NCBI GenBank assembly: GCA_964429195.1
Contig: CAYSBC010000001.1
Location: forward strand, 2,150 to 66,149
Source of the DNA: an uncultured Eubacteriales bacterium
Lineage (GTDB): Bacteria; Bacillota; Clostridia; Peptostreptococcales; JAAYPU01
Direction of reading: 5' to 3'
DNA length: 64,000 nucleotides
Positions 59,766 to 64,000 of this stretch are shown in pieces. The notes under the pieces are model-generated. The model worked only from the letters and a program-made list of their open reading frames with translations, had not been told where the DNA came from and did no database searches. Every line of letters starts with the position of its first letter. The stretch's first letter is position 1. The translations under genes and the position numbers were made by a program.

Positions 59766-61817
59766 ATGAATATTAGTTTCATTCTTTTGGCACTTATTTT
59801 AATACCTGCTTCATCGCTGTTAACATTCTCTTCCCGTAAATTCAGGGGGCCTGCTATAGAAAAGATCTCCTTAGCATCGCTGACTCTTGTCTTTCTTCTT
59901 GTTTGCTATCTTTATCCTTACGTCAGGGAAGGTACCATTTATTTTCAATTTCCAAATCTCATGGGTACCGGCCTTTATTTAAAATTGAATATGCTAAGAT
60001 ACACGCTTGTATTCATCACTTCGTTTATATGGATCATCACTTATCTTTATTCTACTCATTATATTATTAGCTATAAGAATAAGAGAAGGTATTTTTTCTT
60101 TCTTATGGTTACATTCCCTACTACACTGGGCTTTTTTATGTCGGATAATATTCTTAATTTATTTACCTTCTTTGAGCTCATGACCGTAGCGTCTTATTTT
60201 CTGGTCATTCATGATGAAGACAACTATACCCATAAAGCTGGGTTTATTTATATTATCATGTCTATCGGTGGCGGCTTGGTACAACTTATGGGGATATTTT
60301 TGCTGTACAACTACACTTCAACGCTGATGTTAAGTGAAATCCCCATAGCTATGGAAGCGTTGGGCACAATCAAATATGTTATTTCCATACCTATTATTAT
60401 AGGTTTCGGAGTCAAAGCCTGTATGTTTCCTTTACATGTATGGCTCCCAAAGGTTTATTCACCTGCACCGTCGCCAGCCACATCCATATTCTCGGCCATC
60501 CTAACCAAGACTGGAATCTTTGGCATCTTCCTCGTATTGCAGTTCACAAATTTTGATATAAACCTTTCATTTTTTATCGCTACAACCGGACTTATCAATA
60601 TGTTTTTAGGAGGATTATTAGCTTTACATCAAAGAAACATCAAGAAAACCTTTGCATATAGCAGTATGAGTCAAATCGGTTATATTCTTCTTTCGATAAG
60701 TATCATCGGTATTCTTGGTGAGCATGGTTCAAGTGCCTATTATGCCAGTATCTTTCATATGGTGACTCATGCTTTAACAAAAACCATTATTTTCTTAGGT
60801 TGTGGTGTCATCATTTATACCGTTGGCGATATGAGCTTAAACAATATCCGTGGATTCGGCCAGAAAAAGGCCCTTTATAAGATAACTTTTTTAATAGGTT
60901 TATTAGGAACAGCGGCTATCCCAGGATTTAGCGGTTTTATAAGCAAAAACATGATTCATCATGCTGTAGCTGAGGCCACTTCTATGTTCAGCCCTGGCAT
61001 AGCTTTACTCGTAGAAATCATCTTTTTTATAAGCAGCGCCTTTACTGTTGCTTACAGTATAAAAATATATAAAACCATATTTATTGAAAAATATAATGCT
61101 TCATCCTATAAAATTGAAAAGTCATTTTTGAGATATTCTGTATATCCTATGTTGCTTGTAAGTGTTTTTGTTGTTCTGCTAGGCATTAAGCCCCAGTTAT
61201 TTTTTGATTTTATAGGTTACAAAGATGCATCTATGCATTTTTATACCTCTTATACTTTAACGAGTACGGTTTATATATGTATTACGGGTCTCATCATCTA
61301 TTATTTTTATATCAGGAAAAAATTAAAGGTCTACATTGATATCAATGACTATTACTTTGTTAATCCTACCCACGGTTGGTTTGACTTAGAAAGGGACTTT
61401 TATTTGCCCTTATTAAACTTTTTGTTTATTTATGTAACAGCCATCTTCTCATTTATCGATAATTTTATCGTCGATATTGTGACGGGTATCAATTCTTTCT
61501 TCCGTTATCTTGGTTCTGTACAATTTCGCAACGATGTAAGCAATCTTTACTATTCTGCAAAAAACAGAAAGCTTGCTGATAAATCATCTGACTTGAATAA
61601 ACATGCTAAAGACATATCGAAGAATTATTTAGGGGAAAAGTCCGTTAATTTAAGAACTCTATTGAAACATTCCCAGTCTGAATCTCACCCTAGTAACCGT
61701 TGGCTAGCTATTGAACGCATCTATTCAAAGCTGCCTAGTACGAAGTATTCTTTAATTTTTTATGCGCTCCTACACGGTACCCTTTTTATAACCTTGTACA
61801 TTATCCTCCTTCGTTAA
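59766..61817 (+). CDS. Proton-conducting antiporter-like subunit with a long C-terminal extension (Proton_antipo_M core; NuoL/MrpA-like architecture)
   Basis: 683 aa from the ATG at 59766, which has a GGAGG RBS 10 nt upstream. Motifs 'FTFFELMTVASYF' and 'GVKACMFPLHVWLPKVYSPAPSP' are present. The C-terminal ~200 aa holds extra TM helices, a long polar helix-like stretch and a final TM helix. Confidence 0.75.
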   Translation: MNISFILLALILIPASSLLTFSSRKFRGPAIEKISLASLTLVFLLVCYLYPYVREGTIYFQFPNLMGTGLYLKLNMLRYTLVFITSFIWIITYLYSTHYIISYKNKRRYFFFLMVTFPTTLGFFMSDNILNLFTFFELMTVASYFLVIHDEDNYTHKAGFIYIIMSIGGGLVQLMGIFLLYNYTSTLMLSEIPIAMEALGTIKYVISIPIIIGFGVKACMFPLHVWLPKVYSPAPSPATSIFSAILTKTGIFGIFLVLQFTNFDINLSFFIATTGLINMFLGGLLALHQRNIKKTFAYSSMSQIGYILLSISIIGILGEHGSSAYYASIFHMVTHALTKTIIFLGCGVIIYTVGDMSLNNIRGFGQKKALYKITFLIGLLGTAAIPGFSGFISKNMIHHAVAEATSMFSPGIALLVEIIFFISSAFTVAYSIKIYKTIFIEKYNASSYKIEKSFLRYSVYPMLLVSVFVVLLGIKPQLFFDFIGYKDASMHFYTSYTLTSTVYICITGLIIYYFYIRKKLKVYIDINDYYFVNPTHGWFDLERDFYLPLLNFLFIYVTAIFSFIDNFIVDIVTGINSFFRYLGSVQFRNDVSNLYYSAKNRKLADKSSDLNKHAKDISKNYLGEKSVNLRTLLKHSQSESHPSNRWLAIERIYSKLPSTKYSLIFYALLHGTLFITLYIILLR

Positions 61818-61844
61818 ACGACAAATATCTACAAAAAATATTTA

Positions 61845-61910
61845 GGGGCTATCGGGAAATAGCTGATTTTGCCCCAACAAATTAAATAGGGGCTATTTTC
61901 CGACAGCCCC
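61845..61910 (-). terminator. Two tandem terminator-like hairpins whose U-tracts are oriented for the minus strand
   Basis: Minus-strand reading: GGGGCT-gtcggaaaat-AGCCCC followed by tatttaatttgtt, then GGGGC..GCTAT-ttcccg-ATAGCCCC followed by taaatattttttg. On the plus strand the same stems are followed by A-rich or mixed sequence. Confidence 0.45.
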
Positions 61911-61943
61911 ATTCGCTTCATTGTAAGTAATTCGGCGTTCGGT

Positions 61944-62070
61944 GAGCAAATTTTCAATTAATGTGTGGTTTTATTTCAAAATTAAAGGGATTATGCATGA
62001 TATTCATACATAATCCGCGCAATTATGTATACTTATACATTCATTCCACACACTGCTTGAAATTTTGCTC
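61944..62070. repeat. Nested inverted-repeat element: 25-bp imperfect outer arms enclosing two internal palindromes
   Basis: Outer arms 61944..61968 and 62046..62070 are complementary at 21 of 25 positions. An inner 13-bp stem with a 3-nt loop lies at 61988..62016, and a 6-bp stem (TGTATA-ct-TATACA) at 62026..62039. Confidence 0.6.
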
Positions 62071-62221
62071 ATTTATCTTATATTTACATTTATGTCAGTT
62101 ATATCCAAACATATCCGTTATGTCCGTATAATAGTCTCTGATTTAGAGATAATGGCTATTGGGATAAATACGCTTTTAGGTATTAGCTTAAAGGATTGGA
62201 ATACTCAGGATAATGATAAAG

Positions 62222-62261
62222 GGGGCTGCTACAAACTAATTTTTTAGTTTGTAGCAGCCCC
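62222..62261 (-). terminator. metK terminator hairpin
   Basis: Perfect 16-bp stem GGGGCTGCTACAAACT / AGTTTGTAGCAGCCCC with an 8-nt loop, 14 nt after the metK stop. The U-tract is weak (cuuuauc). Confidence 0.65.
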
Positions 62262-62274
62262 TAGAATTTGCTGA

Positions 62275-63465
62275 TTACAGTCCTGCCTCTCGGCGGAGTA
62301 TTTCTGCTTTATCTGTTTGTTCCCAAGGAACATCAATATCTACTCTTCCAAAGTGCCCATAGGATGCTACCTGCCTGTAAATAGGTCTTCTAAGCTTTAA
62401 ATCTCTTATGATAGAGGCGGGTTTTAAATCAAAATGCTTATTAATCAACGAAGCAATTTTTTCTTCACTTATTTTCCCCGATCCAAAAGTTTCTACCAAT
62501 ACAGAAATTGGTTTAGCAACGCCTATTGCATAAGCTAATTCGATTTCACATTTATCTGCCAGTCCGGCTGCCACTACATTCTTTGCAACATAGCGAGCTG
62601 CATAAGCTCCCGATCTATCCACCTTTGTAGGGTCCTTCCCTGAAAAGGCGCCCCCTCCATGCCTTGAATAACCGCCATAGCTATCTACAATAATTTTTCT
62701 TCCCGTTAAACCTGCATCACCCTTCGGACCTCCTATAACAAAACGTCCGGTGGGATTGATATAATATTTGGTTTTTTCATCAAGTAAATGAGCAGGTATG
62801 ATTGGCTTGATAACATTTTCAAGAACATCTTTTTTTATCCTGTCCTGGTCCACATCCGGATCATGCTGGGTGGAAATGACCACAGCATCGATTCTCATTG
62901 GCTTATTGTTTTCATCATATTCAACAGTAACCTGCGTTTTACCATCAGGTCTCAGATATGTTAAGACATTATTTTTTCGAACATCTGCTAATCTCTTGGC
63001 CAACCTGTGGGCTAAGGATATAGGCATAGGCATAAGTTCCGGGGTTTCATCGCATGCAAAGCCAAACATGATGCCTTGATCCCCTGCTCCAATCATTTCA
63101 ATAGCCTCGGACTCTTCTCCCACTTTGTACTCTAGGGCTTGATTGACTCCCATAGCTATATCTGGTGATTGTTCATCAATGCATGTAAGAACTGCACAGT
63201 TTTCTGCATTGAATCCGTAATCATCATTGGTATATCCTATATCACTGACTACACTCCGAATAACCTTCGGTATATCCACATAACAGTTGGTGGTAATTTC
63301 CCCTGCAACAAGTACTAATCCTGTGGTGACAATGGTTTCTGCTGCAACCCTGGCATCGGGGTCCTCTTCAAAGATGGCATCCAAGATGGCATCTGATATT
63401 TGATCAGACATTTTGTCAGGATGACCTTCTGTTACCGATTCCGATGTAAATAATCTCTTTGTCAT
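62275..63465 (-). CDS. metK: S-adenosylmethionine synthase
   Basis: 396 aa with '[12 protein letters not shown]', '[12 protein letters not shown]' and '[16 protein letters not shown]'. AGGAGG RBS. Confidence 0.98.
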   Translation of the reverse strand: MTKRLFTSESVTEGHPDKMSDQISDAILDAIFEEDPDARVAAETIVTTGLVLVAGEITTNCYVDIPKVIRSVVSDIGYTNDDYGFNAENCAVLTCIDEQSPDIAMGVNQALEYKVGEESEAIEMIGAGDQGIMFGFACDETPELMPMPISLAHRLAKRLADVRKNNVLTYLRPDGKTQVTVEYDENNKPMRIDAVVISTQHDPDVDQDRIKKDVLENVIKPIIPAHLLDEKTKYYINPTGRFVIGGPKGDAGLTGRKIIVDSYGGYSRHGGGAFSGKDPTKVDRSGAYAARYVAKNVVAAGLADKCEIELAYAIGVAKPISVLVETFGSGKISEEKIASLINKHFDLKPASIIRDLKLRRPIYRQVASYGHFGRVDIDVPWEQTDKAEILRREAGL

Positions 63466-63674
63466 TTATTTATCCTCCTATGAAAAACCTCTTCTCTTGA
63501 AGAGAAACTACTTCCTTTGTTGAACTCCTCATGTAATAAAACATACCGTTTTATGAGGTTTTTGTCAATCCGATATTGTTTCTCCGGCTGAAACGCTGAA
63601 GACCACAAAGTCTAATAAATCCTTGCATACTTTTCATTATTTTGCCAAAGATAATATTAGAAAGGGTGATTATC

Positions 63675-64000
63675 ATGCTACAACGCTTACGAAAAGAAAA
63701 TATCTATATCATGATTATAATACTTGTAACTTTAGTTAGTATTTCTATTATGCTCCATATGAAAGAAGAGCCTAATCCTTTATCACTGACATCAATTCAA
63801 GCCAATACCTTGTCTTTTATCGACGATGACGCATTGGAAAAATTTATCAACCTTTATGGCCATCATATTCTTCATAAGAATGATTTTGTTGTCACTGTTG
63901 ACAACAAAGACAATATTCGCAGATTGTTAAACTCAATGGGTGAAAAAAACATAAGGCAATTCAATAATATTTTTACCGATTCAAACAATGAAGATCGTCT
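63675..64000 (+). CDS. Hypothetical membrane-anchored protein. Partial: it continues past the right edge of the window.
   Basis: ATG at 63675 preceded by aaaGGGTGAttatc. Translation begins MLQRLRKENIYIMIIILVTLVSISIMLHMKEEPNP... and the frame stays open to position 64000. It is absent from the ORF track because no stop lies in the window. Confidence 0.5.
   Translation, partial: MLQRLRKENIYIMIIILVTLVSISIMLHMKEEPNPLSLTSIQANTLSFIDDDALEKFINLYGHHILHKNDFVVTVDNKDNIRRLLNSMGEKNIRQFNNIFTDSNNEDR

Larger units (their letters stand above)
61836..62075 (-). ncRNA. Candidate unannotated structured small RNA (speculative)
   Basis: The interval is gene-free. It contains a multi-branch inverted-repeat structure followed, on the minus strand only, by two hairpin-plus-U-tract terminators. 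One mismatch in the inner stem becomes a G-U wobble only in the minus-strand transcript. No convincing promoter was found. Confidence 0.25.

Noticed and set aside
61845-61875. The sequence GGGGCTAT..., which resembles the 5' end of a tRNA-Ala acceptor stem.
   Set aside because: No D-loop, anticodon arm or T-loop (GTTCGAATC-like) follows. The segment is only about 31 nt before its 3' GCCCC, so it is a simple hairpin and not a tRNA.
62065-62247. A 60-aa plus-strand ORF in the metK-distal intergenic region.
   Set aside because: It has a TTG start, no RBS, and an implausible hydrophobic, low-complexity translation. It runs through the metK terminator hairpin. The region is better explained as non-coding structured DNA or RNA.
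63466-63660. An expected SAM-I (S-box) riboswitch upstream of metK. 'tctcttcaagagaagagg' superficially resembles the S-box P1 'CTCTTATCAAGAGAGG'.
   Set aside because: The motif lies only about 30 nt from the start codon, and none of the other conserved S-box blocks is present. The resemblance comes from a simple short hairpin.
1-64000. A search for CRISPR arrays, rRNA or tRNA genes, IS elements or transposases, integrases, and known defence-system signatures (restriction-modification, Cas, Abi, retron RT and similar).
   Set aside because: I saw no regularly spaced direct repeats. No ORF has transposase, integrase or recombinase motifs. No defence-type domain combinations are present. The only toxin-like gene is the conserved chromosomal mazEF.

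Overview
The window is a densely coding, low-GC chromosomal segment of Firmicutes/Clostridia type. A spoVG gene with a sigma-H-like promoter suggests a spore former. About 55 CDS are supported, mostly on the minus strand. I saw no rRNA, tRNA, CRISPR array or IS/transposase.

Most of the window is conserved housekeeping:
- uvrB-uvrA behind a LexA (Cheo) box.
- ctpA-like S41 protease, recJ, and ftsE-ftsX with a coiled-coil M23 (EnvC-like) peptidase.
- acpS-nnr-mazE-mazF, ilvD, a solitary addA-like helicase-nuclease, gpmI, and prsA.
- The spoVG-glmU-prs-pth-mfd block, murC, and tex.
- secA-prfB, where prfB has its +1 frameshift site (found by hand).
- Aspartate kinase and metK.

Accessory or less ordinary content:
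1. A roughly 7.4 kb, ten-gene Tad/Flp-like (type IVc pilus-type) operon at 13.85-21.26 kb. It has two TadZ-like proteins with degenerate P-loops and a CpaF-like ATPase with a deviant Walker A. It also has two tandem micro-ORFs (52 and 48 aa) below the ORF-track cutoff. No protein in it carries a recognisable prepilin signal.
2. A prepilin peptidase and a partial pilM-like gene at the left edge.
3. A DUF5693-csaB-tagA secondary cell wall polymer pyruvylation cluster.
4. A stand-alone pair of Mrp/NuoLMN-type antiporter-like subunits.
5. A 450-nt gene-free interval at 61.8-62.3 kb, packed with nested inverted repeats and two terminator hairpins oriented for the minus strand. This may be an unannotated structured sRNA or a MITE-like element.
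6. An unknown gene divergent from uvrBA that shares the single LexA operator.

All calls rest on reading motifs in the supplied translations and DNA. No database search was run.
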